Source: Trueperaceae bacterium
Lineage (GTDB): Bacteria; Deinococcota; Deinococci; Deinococcales; Trueperaceae
Reading direction: 5' to 3'
Length of the DNA: 64,000 bases
NCBI GenBank assembly: GCA_034520945.1
Contig: JAXHNB010000006.1
Coordinates: 768,001 to 832,000 of the forward strand
Made by a program: the position numbers and the translations under genes. Below the pieces are notes generated by a model. The model had not been told where the DNA came from. It saw nothing but the letters and a program-made list of their open reading frames with translations, and searched no databases. Shown here in pieces: positions 31,407 to 41,787 of the stretch (position 1 is the stretch's first letter; each line of letters begins with the position of its first letter).

Positions 31407-32921
31407 TCAGCGGGCCCGGTAGACCTCCGTCATGTCGACGGCGGGCGTGGGTTGGTCGGTCCAGAATCCGTACACGTCTTCCTGGGCCGCGACGAGGTAG
31501 GGCGGGCTGAAGATCCACACGTTCACGGCGTCCTCCGCGATGATGCGGGCGATCTCCTGGTAGGCGGCGATCTCGTCCTCCTGCGTGGGGGTTGTCTCGG
31601 CGCGCTCAAGGAGCTCCCCGACTTCGGGATTGTCGTACTGGTAGTAGTAGTCGGGGTCGGCGTACACATTGATGTCACGGGGTTCCGAGTGCCCGATGAT
31701 CGTCATGTCGTAGTCGGCACCGAGGAAGATGCGCTGGATCCACGTTCCCCACTCGACGACACTGAGGTCCACGTCGATGCCGACCTCCGCCAGCTGCTGC
31801 GCGATCACCTGACCGCTGCGACGCTCGATGTTGTACGGCTCGGGAAGCTCGAACGACACGGTGAAGCCGTCGGGGTATCCGGCTTCGGCCAGCAGTTCGC
31901 GGGCCCGTTCGGGGTCGTAGGGGTAGGTGTCGCTCAGGTCGATGTAGTACGGCTCGGCGGGGCTCATGTGCGTGCCGATGACCGTGCCGAGGCCGAACAT
32001 GGCGCCCTCGACGATCGCGTCCTTGTCGATCGCGTGCGTGATGGCCTGCCGCACGCGCAGATCCGAGAGGGGTTCGCGCGCGTTGTTGAGCGCCATGGTG
32101 ATCTCGGTCGTGCCCGTCCCTTCCGTGCCTTTCAGGTCGGGATGGGCGTCGAGTTGCGTGTACTGCTCGGGATTCAGGGCCGTGCCGATCATGTCCACGT
32201 CGCCCGCCTGCAGGGCCGCGAAGCGCGTGTTGGGGTCCCCGATGATGCGGAAGGTGACCGCGTCGAGGTACGGCACGCCGTCCAGGTAGTAGTCATCGAA
32301 CGCCTCGAGGCGAACGGCCGATCCTTCGCGATACGACACGAACTCGAACGGGCCGGTGCCGACCGGCTGGCTCCGCTGCGTGTCGCTGCTGCCCGCAGGG
32401 TAGATGATCGAGTCCGGCCGGGCGAGGTCGTACAGGAAGCTGTTGCTGGGCTGTTCGAGGTGGAAGGTGACCGTGTTCGCGCCTTCGTCGGTGGTGATGT
32501 TCTGGATCGTCTGGTAGTACTCGGGATGCGTGTGGCCCGAGTCCGGATCCCACGCCCGCTCGAACTTGGCGACCACGTCGTCCAGCGTGAGCGGCGTCCC
32601 GTCGTGGAACTGAACGCCTTCGCGCACCACGAACGTCACTTTGGTGCCGTCCTCGCTGGTGCTCCAGTCTTCCGCCAGCGCCGGCACGATGTCGCCGTTC
32701 CGGTCGAAGCGGACGAGACCCTCGAACACGTTGTGGTACACGACGCGGGGAATCTCCTGCGACGTGGACGCGGTCGGGTCCCAGCCGGGCGGGTCGGCGG
32801 TGAGGGCGACGACCACTTCGCCACCGTAGGTTGGTTCGGGCGCATCCTGGGCGGTGGCTGCGGTCGCGAGCGCCAGGGCCAGGGCGAACAGCAGGACGAA
32901 GAGACGGGACTGTCGGATCAT
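31407..32921 (-). CDS. ABC transporter substrate-binding protein, family 5 (DppA/OppA-like)
   Basis: Signal peptide; PALAEDW, FHDGTPLT, PVGTGPF and VRQAITHAID motifs. Confidence 0.93.
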   Translation of the reverse strand: MIRQSRLFVLLFALALALATAATAQDAPEPTYGGEVVVALTADPPGWDPTASTSQEIPRVVYHNVFEGLVRFDRNGDIVPALAEDWSTSEDGTKVTFVVREGVQFHDGTPLTLDDVVAKFERAWDPDSGHTHPEYYQTIQNITTDEGANTVTFHLEQPSNSFLYDLARPDSIIYPAGSSDTQRSQPVGTGPFEFVSYREGSAVRLEAFDDYYLDGVPYLDAVTFRIIGDPNTRFAALQAGDVDMIGTALNPEQYTQLDAHPDLKGTEGTGTTEITMALNNAREPLSDLRVRQAITHAIDKDAIVEGAMFGLGTVIGTHMSPAEPYYIDLSDTYPYDPERARELLAEAGYPDGFTVSFELPEPYNIERRSGQVIAQQLAEVGIDVDLSVVEWGTWIQRIFLGADYDMTIIGHSEPRDINVYADPDYYYQYDNPEVGELLERAETTPTQEDEIAAYQEIARIIAEDAVNVWIFSPPYLVAAQEDVYGFWTDQPTPAVDMTEVYRAR

Positions 32922-34216
32922 GAGGACCTCCCAAGGTCGTGTTCGGACGCGGCCGACGGCCGCTTAGGCGAAGCGTCGGTAGCGCCAAGGTACAAGACGG
33001 CGGCTGCGGCGTAAAGGCGGGCGGCCGTCACCAGTTCGTCCGTGCGGACGAACTCGTCGCGCTGGTGGGGGATGGTGCGGTCGCCGGGGCCCACGGTGAC
33101 GATCGGGACGTCGGCGGTGGCGCGCAAAAAGGTGCCGTCGGTCGCGCCGGGCACCCCGCCGTAGCGAGCGTCGCCCCCGACGGTCCAGGGGTAGGCGCGC
33201 GCCATGGCATGAACGAGGGGATCGTCGCTGGGCGTTTCGGTCCAGGGGCGTGACTCGAAGCGTTCGACCTCGATGGACAGGCGGTCGTCCCGCGCCGCTT
33301 CGGCTGCGGCGCACGTCTCGATGAGGTGCAGCAGCACATCGTGATCCTGGCCCGGCACGGTGCGAACATCGACGGCCAGGTAGGCCTCGCCCGGCATCAC
33401 GTTCAACTGCGCTTCGCCGTCGGCGGGGGCGCGCGTCACGGTCGGCGTGATCCATGGGAGGCCGAGGTGCGGGTGTTCGCCCAGGCGCGCCTGCTCTTCC
33501 GCCTCCAGCGCCTCGAGGGCGAGCACCAGCCTGGACAGGGCGCGCACGGGGTTCGCGCCGGCGTACGGCATCGCGCCGTGCGACATGACGCCGTGCACCC
33601 GTACATGCAGGCGCATGGCGCCCTTCTGGAACAGGCACAGCTCGTTCTCTTCGGGTTCGCACACGATGGCGCCGTCGACGTCGTCGGCCCAGCCGCCCGC
33701 GATGAACGACTTGATGCCGATCATCATCCCCTCCTCGTCGACGACGAAGCCCAGGCGTACCCGGCCCGCGAGATCCGGCGCGGTGCGCCTCACGGCGTCC
33801 AGTGCGGCGATGGCGCACGCCACACCGGCCTTCATGTCGGCACTGCCACGGCCGTGAAGGGCGCCGCCTTGCACCAGGCCCTCGAACGGTGGGATCGCCC
33901 ACCGTGTGGGATCGCCTTCCGTCACCACGTCGGTGTGGCCCTCGAACATCAGCGTGCGGTCCCGTTCGGGGTCGAACGACGATCCACGCCAGTCGCAGAT
34001 CACGTTCGGCCGGCCGGGCGCGACCTCCTCGATCACGGGGTCCAGCCCCATGTCGCGGAGCTCGTCGATCAGAAACGCGGCGGCCTCGGCCTCGGTGGTG
34101 CCAGTTGAGGGGTCGACGACGCTGCGGATGCGGACCAGGCGTCGCGCCAGCTCCACGGCACGCTCGGCGTCGACGGCCTGGGCGGCACGACGGGCTGCGG
34201 TGTCCAGGTCGTTCAC
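32918..34216 (-). CDS. M20 metallopeptidase (ArgE/DapE family)
   Basis: GHTDVV, GRGSADMKAG, DEE, EP and PH motifs; start at GTG 34216 after GAGGA. Confidence 0.88.
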   Translation of the reverse strand: MNDLDTAARRAAQAVDAERAVELARRLVRIRSVVDPSTGTTEAEAAAFLIDELRDMGLDPVIEEVAPGRPNVICDWRGSSFDPERDRTLMFEGHTDVVTEGDPTRWAIPPFEGLVQGGALHGRGSADMKAGVACAIAALDAVRRTAPDLAGRVRLGFVVDEEGMMIGIKSFIAGGWADDVDGAIVCEPEENELCLFQKGAMRLHVRVHGVMSHGAMPYAGANPVRALSRLVLALEALEAEEQARLGEHPHLGLPWITPTVTRAPADGEAQLNVMPGEAYLAVDVRTVPGQDHDVLLHLIETCAAAEAARDDRLSIEVERFESRPWTETPSDDPLVHAMARAYPWTVGGDARYGGVPGATDGTFLRATADVPIVTVGPGDRTIPHQRDEFVRTDELVTAARLYAAAAVLYLGATDASPKRPSAASEHDLGRSS

Positions 34217-34283
34217 GAGGTCCTCGTTGCTGGACGGCGTCGCGTGGTGCCGTGGGTGGCGAGGGTGTAAGCGGGCGTCGACG

Positions 34284-35120
34284 TCACGGCAGCGGGGGCG
34301 TGAAGCGACCGTCCACGGCGAGCCAGCCACCGTCGACGACGAGCAGCGAACCGGTGACGAAGGTCGATGCGTCGCTGCACAGGTAGACGACGGCGCCGAC
34401 CAGTTCGCGGGGCTGCGACCAGCGTTGCAGCGCGCTCTTCTCTGCGTAGGCGCGGTACCAGTCCGGCTGCTCCTTGATGGGGGCGGTGAGGGGTGTCTCG
34501 ACCACGCCCGGCGCGATGGCGTTGACGCGGATGTTGTTGGGGCCCAACTCCGCCGCCAGTGCGCGGGCCATCTGCAGCGTCCCGGCCTTGGTGGCGGCGT
34601 ACACGCCCTGTCCGGGCTCCACCACCTGGCTGCGGATGCTGCTGAACGTCACGATGCTGCCGCTGCCGCGCGCGTTCATGCGGCGGGCCACGGCGGTCAT
34701 GATGGTGAAGTTGCCCTTCAGGTTCAGCGAGACGACCTTGTCGAACTCCTCGGGCGTGAGGTCCAGGAGGGGCTTTCGTACGTTCACGGCCGGCGTGGTC
34801 ACCAGGGCGTCGATGACCTCCAGGCGGTCCAGGACGCGTTCGACGCTGCTCGCGTCGGTGAGGTCGATGCCGTAGGCATCGGCCGTACCGCCGGTCTCCC
34901 GAATCCGTGCGGCGGTGGCTTCGGCCGCGTCCACGTTCAGGTCGGCGCACGCCACCTTGGCACCGAACGCGGCCACGCCCTCGGCCGAGGCCTCGCCGAT
35001 GCCGCTGCCGGCGCCGACGACCAGGACCGTTCGTCCGTGCAGGTCGAACATCGTGCCGTAGTCCGCGGGACCGACGCGCCCCGGGCCCGCCCCATGGTTG
35101 GTTGCATCGTCAGGTTGCAT
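34284..35120 (-). CDS. Short-chain dehydrogenase/reductase
   Basis: GAGSGIG, YAATK and NAIAPG motifs. Confidence 0.92.
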   Translation of the reverse strand: MQPDDATNHGAGPGRVGPADYGTMFDLHGRTVLVVGAGSGIGEASAEGVAAFGAKVACADLNVDAAEATAARIRETGGTADAYGIDLTDASSVERVLDRLEVIDALVTTPAVNVRKPLLDLTPEEFDKVVSLNLKGNFTIMTAVARRMNARGSGSIVTFSSIRSQVVEPGQGVYAATKAGTLQMARALAAELGPNNIRVNAIAPGVVETPLTAPIKEQPDWYRAYAEKSALQRWSQPRELVGAVVYLCSDASTFVTGSLLVVDGGWLAVDGRFTPPLP

Positions 35121-35188
35121 GCCGGCAAGGATACCCCCTGCGCGCGCAGGCGACGCTGCGGTGCGCGGAACGGCGCCGACGGGGCGGG

Positions 35189-35620
35189 TCACTCATCGGG
35201 GCCCGGGCGGATCAACAGGCCGCTGGTGGACACTCGGACGTGGACGATGGCAGGGGCGTCGGCGGCGACGTAGCTGGCCGAGCCGTAGCTGGCGTCCACC
35301 AGCGGCGAAAGCCATGGACGATCACGGATCCACGCGAACAGATCGCGGGACGGGCCGATCGGGTCTCAAGGCGGCCACCGTGCGCGGGGCGGTCCGTTCG
35401 TCGTCCAACGTGCGGTAGCGGCCGCCGATCCGCTCCAGGCGGTAGGCGGTGTGCAGCCCCACCAGGTTGGCGGCGGGGTGCCACCTTACGATCTGCGCGT
35501 CCAACCAGACCTGGTCGCCCGCCAACGCGAAGGTGCGGGCGGCGCGGCCGACACGGCGGCGGCCACCAACGCCACGCTGAGCGCGGCCAGCAGCACCGGC
35601 AGCAGCCACGCCGGCACCAC
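35189..35620 (-). pseudogene. Frameshifted hypothetical membrane-anchored protein
   Basis: Coding-like segments in different frames: a hydrophobic N-terminus, then FALAGDQVWLDAQIVRW...YRLERIGGRY, then DLFAWIRDRPWLSPLVDASYGSASYV...SGLLIRPGPDE*. Confidence 0.55.
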
Positions 35621-35621
35621 G

Positions 35622-36566
35622 TCAGAAGCTCGGCTCGCCCTGCGGGGGCCAACTGCCGCCCAGTGCCAGCCAGGCGGCCACCATTTCGGGCGGGACGGGC
35701 GCTTCGAAGCTGATGGCCCGATCGTCACGCGGGTGCGGCAGCGTGAGGCGGAAGGCGTGCAGCGCCTGCCTGCCGATGTGGGCGCTGGGACGGCCGTACA
35801 GGACGTCGCCGAGGATCGGCACGCCCAGGTGCTTCATGTGGACGCGGATCTGGTGCGTGCGGCCCGAACGCGGCGTGGCCTTCACCAGGACGTGCCCCGG
35901 GGCGCGCGCCAGCACCCGGAACGACGTCTTGGCGGCCTTCTCGGCGCTGCCGCCGACGCTCATGCGTTGGCGTTGGACGGGATGCCGGCCGATGGGCGCG
36001 TCCAACTCGACCTGGTCGTCCAGGGAGCCGACCCCGATGGCGACGTACTCCTTGACGGTGAGGCGCTTCTTGAACGCGGCGGCCAGCTTGCGGTGCGCCT
36101 CGTCGTGCTTGGCCACCACCATCACGCCGGAGGTGTCCTTGTCCAGACGGTGCACGATGCCCGGGCGGTAATCATCGCGGTGGGGGTCGTAGATCGTCTC
36201 CTTCGACAACGCCATGCGGCCCAGGAGGGCGTTCACGACCGTGCCGGTCCGAACGGTCGCGGTGGGGTGCGCGACCAGATCCGGCGGTTTGTCGATGGCG
36301 GCCAGATCCTCGTCCTCGAAGATGATCGCGACGGGAAGGTCCTCGGCCTCGACCAGCATCGGCCGGGGCGGGGGGAGGATCAACGAGACGATCTCGCCGC
36401 CCCGCAGTTTGGTGGCCGGCTTGCCGATGGGTCGCCCGTCCAGCGTGACCATGCCGTCGTCCACCAGGTCCTTCGCCACGGTTCGCGACAGGGTCAGGGC
36501 CTGGGAGATGGCGACGTCGAGGCGCTCGCCGGCCGGGGCTTCGAAGCTGCGCACGTCCACGCGCAC
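35622..36566 (-). CDS. rluD: RluA-family 23S rRNA pseudouridine synthase (RluD-like)
   Basis: S4 domain, GIVHRLDKDTSG, GRTHQIRVH and LHA motifs. Confidence 0.9.
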   Translation of the reverse strand: MRVDVRSFEAPAGERLDVAISQALTLSRTVAKDLVDDGMVTLDGRPIGKPATKLRGGEIVSLILPPPRPMLVEAEDLPVAIIFEDEDLAAIDKPPDLVAHPTATVRTGTVVNALLGRMALSKETIYDPHRDDYRPGIVHRLDKDTSGVMVVAKHDEAHRKLAAAFKKRLTVKEYVAIGVGSLDDQVELDAPIGRHPVQRQRMSVGGSAEKAAKTSFRVLARAPGHVLVKATPRSGRTHQIRVHMKHLGVPILGDVLYGRPSAHIGRQALHAFRLTLPHPRDDRAISFEAPVPPEMVAAWLALGGSWPPQGEPSF

Positions 36567-36616
36567 GAGTCTACTGGACCGAGCGGACGCGCGACGTGCC
36601 GATATACTCGGCGACC

Positions 36617-37624
36617 ATGGACTTGCCCGTCGCTCTGGACGCCATGGGTGGAGATCGCGCCCCCGACGCGATGGTGGAGGGGGCGGTCCGGGCCTACCGG
36701 GCCGGCGTCCCCGTCATGCTCGTCGGCGACGAGGAACGGCTGCACATGGCCCTGCGGACGTACGAGGTCGAGCTTCCCGTCGTCCACGCGCCGGACGTGA
36801 TCGGCATGGACGAGCGCGCGGTCGAGGTGCGCCGACGCAAGCGTGCCAGCATCGCCGTCGCGGCCGACGAGGTCGCCTCGGGACGCGCCTCCGCCCTGGT
36901 CTCGATGGGTCATTCGGGTGCGACCATGGCGGCGGCGCTGTTCCGGCTCGGCCGCCTGAAGGGCGTCGAGCGCCCGGCCATCGTGGCGCACGTGCCGGCC
37001 CGCACGGGGTTCGTCACGCTGCTGGACGTGGGCGCCAACGCCGATTGCCGGCCCGCCATGCTGCAGCAGTTCGCGGTGATGGGCAGCGTGTACGCGCGGG
37101 TCGTGTTCGGACACGCCGACCCCGCGGTCGGCCTGATGTCGATCGGGGAGGAAGCCAGCAAGGGCAATGAACTGGTGCGCGCCACCCACCCGTTGCTGGC
37201 GTCGACACCCGGCATCCGGTTTCACGGCAACGTCGAGGGGAACGACCTGTTCAGCGGCGCGGTACCGGTGATCGTCACCGACGGGTTCACCGGCAACGTG
37301 ATGCTGAAGCTCGCCGAGGGAGAGGCGAAAATGCTGTTCGCCTCCATGCGTGACGAGTTGCGGGCTTCGCTCCGGGGTCGCCTGGGCGGTTGGCTGGCGC
37401 GGCCCGCGCTTCGCGCGGTCGCCGACAAGGTCGATCCGGCCAGCTACGGGGCGCAGCCGCTGTTGGGCGTCGGGGCGCCGGCGTTCATCGGCCACGGCAG
37501 CAGCGGGGCGCGGGCCGTGCACAGCGCGTTGCGGTTCGCGCACGACACCGCGACACGCTCGCTGGTGCGGCGCATGGCCGCCGAACTCGAAGGCCAACGG
37601 AGCGACGACGACGGCGACGATTGA
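36617..37624 (+). CDS. plsX: Phosphate acyltransferase PlsX
   Basis: ALDAMGGD, LDVGAN and TDGFTGN motifs. Confidence 0.95.
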   Translation: MDLPVALDAMGGDRAPDAMVEGAVRAYRAGVPVMLVGDEERLHMALRTYEVELPVVHAPDVIGMDERAVEVRRRKRASIAVAADEVASGRASALVSMGHSGATMAAALFRLGRLKGVERPAIVAHVPARTGFVTLLDVGANADCRPAMLQQFAVMGSVYARVVFGHADPAVGLMSIGEEASKGNELVRATHPLLASTPGIRFHGNVEGNDLFSGAVPVIVTDGFTGNVMLKLAEGEAKMLFASMRDELRASLRGRLGGWLARPALRAVADKVDPASYGAQPLLGVGAPAFIGHGSSGARAVHSALRFAHDTATRSLVRRMAAELEGQRSDDDGDD

Positions 37625-37666
37625 CGGTCGTTCAGCGCCCGGCCTCCGGGCAGCGCGGGCCCGCCT

Positions 37667-38863
37667 TCAAGGCGTGGCGCGCCGGCCGAAGATCCACGTC
37701 ACCGCCTGCGGCGCGTCCAATTCCGGCACCGAGAAGCGCCGTTCGTTCAGGCCGTCGTCCTCCGGCGTGACGCCGAGAAGATCCAGCACCGAGATCGCGC
37801 CGGGCGCGACCAGGAAGGCGAACACGTTGGGGTCGAGGGTGGCTGCCGCCGGGGCGCTCACCGCCAGCGACTCGCGGACGAAGGCGTCCGCGTCGGCCGC
37901 TACGTTGGGGTGCAGCACCGCCTCGGCGTCGCTGATGGCGAGGATCGCGGCCGTGGGGACGGGGCGCGTGTCGATCACGTCGGTGAGGTCGTCCGCCGAG
38001 TCGGCCACCGTCGGGTCGTCTTCGCTGCCGGGATCGAAGCTGGCCACGGTCGTGGCCGAGGCGACGACCAGGCCCAGGCCGCCCCGGGCCATGCCGACAG
38101 GGTCCGTCACGTTCGGCAGGGAGAGCTCCCGTGCGTCCCCCCCGTTCTCGGGGAGCGGCTCGAAGCGGGCGCGCGCGTTGGTGTCGCCGGGATCGAGGTA
38201 CCAGATCCCCGCGTCGTCCGCTGCGAACACCGGCGCCACCGGGGCGACGGGGGCGGAGGCGGACGTGGCGAAGGCCACCTCCTGGGCGGGCACGTCGATC
38301 AGCACGATGCGGGGAAATCCATCCAGGTCGCAGGCGGAGGGGTCGTGCAGCAAGGCGAGCCACGATCCGTCCGCGCTGACGTCCAGCGCGCGGCTGCACA
38401 GCGGCTCCCCGAACGACCCGTCGGCCTGCACCACGCCGGACAGGTCGGTGGCGCCGCCGAGAGGCGACAGGGTGCTGGGATCGTCCGGATCGACGTCGGA
38501 CGCGTCGAACGTTCGCACCACGTCGTCGCCATCGGTCGTCCGCACCAGCGCGAACAGGCGAACCGCCGAGGCGGCGGGCCCGGTCGTGCGGGCGGCCGCC
38601 AGGTCGCGCACGCCCTCAGGACCGGCCGACGCGAAGGTATGGGCGTTGCCGAGCCACTGAAGGGTACGGTCGCTGCCACGCTCGCCCAGGCCGAACGAGT
38701 CCTGCACCAACGCCAGCGAGGCGCCATCCGCCACGACCAGCAGCACGGGATCGCCCTCCTCCGAGGTGCCGGTGCAGGCCGAGGCCAGCGCCGCCAGGGC
38801 GAGGACGGCCCACGCCGCCCTCGACGCGGACGTCCAGCGGCGCGGGAGCGCGAAGCCGTTCAT
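37667..38863 (-). CDS. Hypothetical acidic lipoprotein (possible beta-propeller)
   Basis: Lipobox LASAC; overlaps the stop of the upstream LptD-like gene by 4 nt. Confidence 0.7.
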   Translation of the reverse strand: MNGFALPRRWTSASRAAWAVLALAALASACTGTSEEGDPVLLVVADGASLALVQDSFGLGERGSDRTLQWLGNAHTFASAGPEGVRDLAAARTTGPAASAVRLFALVRTTDGDDVVRTFDASDVDPDDPSTLSPLGGATDLSGVVQADGSFGEPLCSRALDVSADGSWLALLHDPSACDLDGFPRIVLIDVPAQEVAFATSASAPVAPVAPVFAADDAGIWYLDPGDTNARARFEPLPENGGDARELSLPNVTDPVGMARGGLGLVVASATTVASFDPGSEDDPTVADSADDLTDVIDTRPVPTAAILAISDAEAVLHPNVAADADAFVRESLAVSAPAAATLDPNVFAFLVAPGAISVLDLLGVTPEDDGLNERRFSVPELDAPQAVTWIFGRRATP

Positions 38864-41787
38864 GGCCCCTCACCGAACGGGGCGGGCACGACCGGACCGT
38901 CCTCCCAGGCGAGTTGTGGCCCCTCCGCTTGGCCGGGTGCGCCCAGCGTCAGGATCACCTCGCCGCTTCGGGTGTTCCAGCTGCCGTACAGTGCCCAACA
39001 ACAGCGGTCCCACGTCGCGAACAGGGTCGGGCGGGGATCGATGGCGTCGTTTCCGGGCGCATCGGCCACCAGTTCCCAGGTGTCGTCCAGGGTGGCACCC
39101 ACGACCAACTCGTTCGTCGCTCGTACCACCAGCGAGGCCTCCTCGAACGAGAGGCGGCCGCTGACCAGCTCGGCATCGGTTCCGGACACGCGGCCACGAT
39201 ACCCGAAGGTGCCCTGCAGCCCGACCCTCCGACCCAGATCCAGGCCCAGCTCGAGGTTGGCCCGCCGCAGGTAGCTGACGTCCAGTGCGGCGTCCGCGAC
39301 GGCGACGTCGACGAAGCCGTCCAGCGCCAGGCGCACGGCGCCGTCCGCCAGCCGCCTCTCGGCCAACCGTGCGCGCGCCTCGAAGGTGGTGTCGCGCGAG
39401 ACGAGGCCGCCGTCCTCGCCCGGGCTGCGGCGCAGCCGCAGTTCGGCGCGGAAGCCGAGATCCTCCGACTCGGTGGCGTCGACCACCCGGAACGCCACGT
39501 CGCGGGCCGCGCCTGGGTCCGCGGCCAGCCCCAGCGTCGCGCCGGGCAGAAGTTCGACCCCTTCCACCTCGAGCGCCGCCACGCCGGGCCAGGCCAGCCG
39601 TGCGAGGTGATCGCCCGGGGGCCCTCCCGCGCGGCCGAACTGCTGGTCGAGCTCTGCGCGGAGCGGCCCCAGGTCGGTGGTGAACCGGTACCCCGCCGAG
39701 CGGGTCTCGCCGCTGTCGAGGTCCAGCGACCAGGTGGCCTCCAGTCCCGGCAGGCCGTCCCCCTCCTGAAGCGTTCCTGCGGTGAGGGACAGGTCCAGCG
39801 GCTCGAACGGTCCCGCGTCGTCCTCGTCCGGGTTCCAGACGTAGCCGGACGACGCCTGCAACACCAGCCGGTCCCGCAGCCCCATGGCCAGCGAGCCGTC
39901 CACACGGCTCTGGTCCCCGCCCGCGTCCTCCGGCACGTCGGCGTCCAGGTCGGCCAGGCCGGAAACATTGGCGCTGAGCTGCCAGCGGTCGCTGGGAAGG
40001 CGTGCGCCGAGCTCGGCCTCGAGGGTGCCGGCGTCGGGCACGCGCGGATCGCCCTCATAGGCCAGGCGTGCGTCGAGCGGTCGGAGGTTCGTGAACGCGG
40101 TGAGCGTCGCCTCGACCGGCCCGAAGCCGAGCGCGTCGGGCCGGCGGTCGTCCTCCACGACGTACCCGCCGCGCGCGTCCAGGCGAAGCCCGTCGAAGGG
40201 CGTCAGGTCCAAGCGCGCCTCGAGCTCCGTCCTCGTCCGCAACGAGATCCGGTCGAACGAGAACGGCGTTTCGCCCTCGTTGGCGTCGCGACGCGCGGTG
40301 AACGTGACACGGCCGGCGTCCCCGAAGCGCCGCACCGCCTCTAGGCGCGTGTCCCAGTCGATCAGCCGCTCCCCCGTATCGTAGTAGTGGCCGACGAAGT
40401 TCGACCGTCCCGACACCTCGACACCGGCCACGGAGGTGGCGGTCAGTTCCACGTCGTGCGCCTCGCGTACGCGGCCGGCGGTCACCAACGCCGCGGAGGC
40501 GGCGCTCCGGTTGGTGGGGTCGGGTTGGTCCTCGAACACCCCGACGTCGAGCTCCAGCCCGCGGACGCGCAGCGATCCCGCCCGCAGCCATTCGAGGTCG
40601 AGCGGCCGGAAGCGCGCCCGCAGGAAGGTACTTCGCGGTGTGCTCCGACCGTCCCAACTGGGCCGCGTGGCGGCGTCTTCGCGCAGCGGGAACGACACGC
40701 GGCTCTCCAGCTCCGTGCGGACGCCTGCCCCTTCCGCGCCGAGCTCGAGTTCACCTTCCACCAGGCGGTCGCGGGCGGCGTCGTCGCGGGCCAGGCGCAG
40801 GTCGATCTCGGGCGTGCCGGCTTGCGGGTCCGTCTGGTAGCGCGCTTCGAACCGAATGCGTTCCTCCTGTGCCTCTCGGTTCTCCCGTTCCACCAGCGGT
40901 GGGTCGAACGAGGCCTGCAGCCGGCCCGCCCCCCGTTCGTCGTAGAAGCGGTGGTCGATGCTGGCCGCGAGGTACGCCCTTTGCACCGCGCCCCCCAGCA
41001 GCCCGCCGTCCAGGGCGCCGCCCGCGCTGGGGTCGACGTCCGCCAGCACGCGGTAGGTGACGGTGCCGAACGCGTTGGGGCCCGCGACGTAGGGCCAGTC
41101 CACCCGAAGTTCGGCCTGCGAGCTCGCGTCGCCGGACTTCAGGGACACGCGGGGTGTCCGTGCCGGTTCGGCCAGGGGCAGCACCAGCAGCGGCAGGTCG
41201 AACACCGGCGAAGCGCGGATCAGGAAGGTGGCGTTCCAGGCGATGAGGCGATCCCCGGGGAGGATCTCGATGCGCTCGGCCCGAAAACCGTAGTCCTCGA
41301 CCTCTTGGTCGCAGCGCGCGCACGGGCTGAACGCGCCGGCCAGGACCTGGATGCGTCCCTCGGCCCTGCTGGCGCGCTCCCCGCGGACCTCGATCGCGTC
41401 GGTGATGACGACCATGTCGTCCCCGTCCAAGCGGCCGGTGTCGAGTTCGACCACCAGGTCGCGGCCGCGCAACGTTTCGCCCTCCCGCACCACCTGCCCT
41501 TCCCCGACGATGCGCACCACGCCGGCGTCGGGATCGAACTCGATGCGAGAGGCGGTCACCACCTGGTCCTCGGTCTCGATCTCCACCCGTTCGGCGGTGA
41601 CCACGTACAACTCCTGTTCGGTGCCGCCCGGGAGGACCACGGTGCGGATCTCGAGGCGGGCGTCGGGATCATTGCCGGTTCGGATGGTCACCGTCTCGGC
41701 CCACGCCGCCGCGACGACGGTCAGGAGCAGCGCCAGCAGAAGGCGCGCCACCGCATCCCCGCGGGCGTTCCGGCTCACCTGCGCCAT
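38860..41787 (-). CDS. LptD-like outer-membrane protein
   Basis: Signal peptide, OstA-like N-domain (FSPCARC, ERIEILPGDRL), beta-strand-rich body and DRCCW near the C-terminus; adjacent to two LptF/G genes. Confidence 0.7.
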   Translation of the reverse strand: MAQVSRNARGDAVARLLLALLLTVVAAAWAETVTIRTGNDPDARLEIRTVVLPGGTEQELYVVTAERVEIETEDQVVTASRIEFDPDAGVVRIVGEGQVVREGETLRGRDLVVELDTGRLDGDDMVVITDAIEVRGERASRAEGRIQVLAGAFSPCARCDQEVEDYGFRAERIEILPGDRLIAWNATFLIRASPVFDLPLLVLPLAEPARTPRVSLKSGDASSQAELRVDWPYVAGPNAFGTVTYRVLADVDPSAGGALDGGLLGGAVQRAYLAASIDHRFYDERGAGRLQASFDPPLVERENREAQEERIRFEARYQTDPQAGTPEIDLRLARDDAARDRLVEGELELGAEGAGVRTELESRVSFPLREDAATRPSWDGRSTPRSTFLRARFRPLDLEWLRAGSLRVRGLELDVGVFEDQPDPTNRSAASAALVTAGRVREAHDVELTATSVAGVEVSGRSNFVGHYYDTGERLIDWDTRLEAVRRFGDAGRVTFTARRDANEGETPFSFDRISLRTRTELEARLDLTPFDGLRLDARGGYVVEDDRRPDALGFGPVEATLTAFTNLRPLDARLAYEGDPRVPDAGTLEAELGARLPSDRWQLSANVSGLADLDADVPEDAGGDQSRVDGSLAMGLRDRLVLQASSGYVWNPDEDDAGPFEPLDLSLTAGTLQEGDGLPGLEATWSLDLDSGETRSAGYRFTTDLGPLRAELDQQFGRAGGPPGDHLARLAWPGVAALEVEGVELLPGATLGLAADPGAARDVAFRVVDATESEDLGFRAELRLRRSPGEDGGLVSRDTTFEARARLAERRLADGAVRLALDGFVDVAVADAALDVSYLRRANLELGLDLGRRVGLQGTFGYRGRVSGTDAELVSGRLSFEEASLVVRATNELVVGATLDDTWELVADAPGNDAIDPRPTLFATWDRCCWALYGSWNTRSGEVILTLGAPGQAEGPQLAWEDGPVVPAPFGEGP

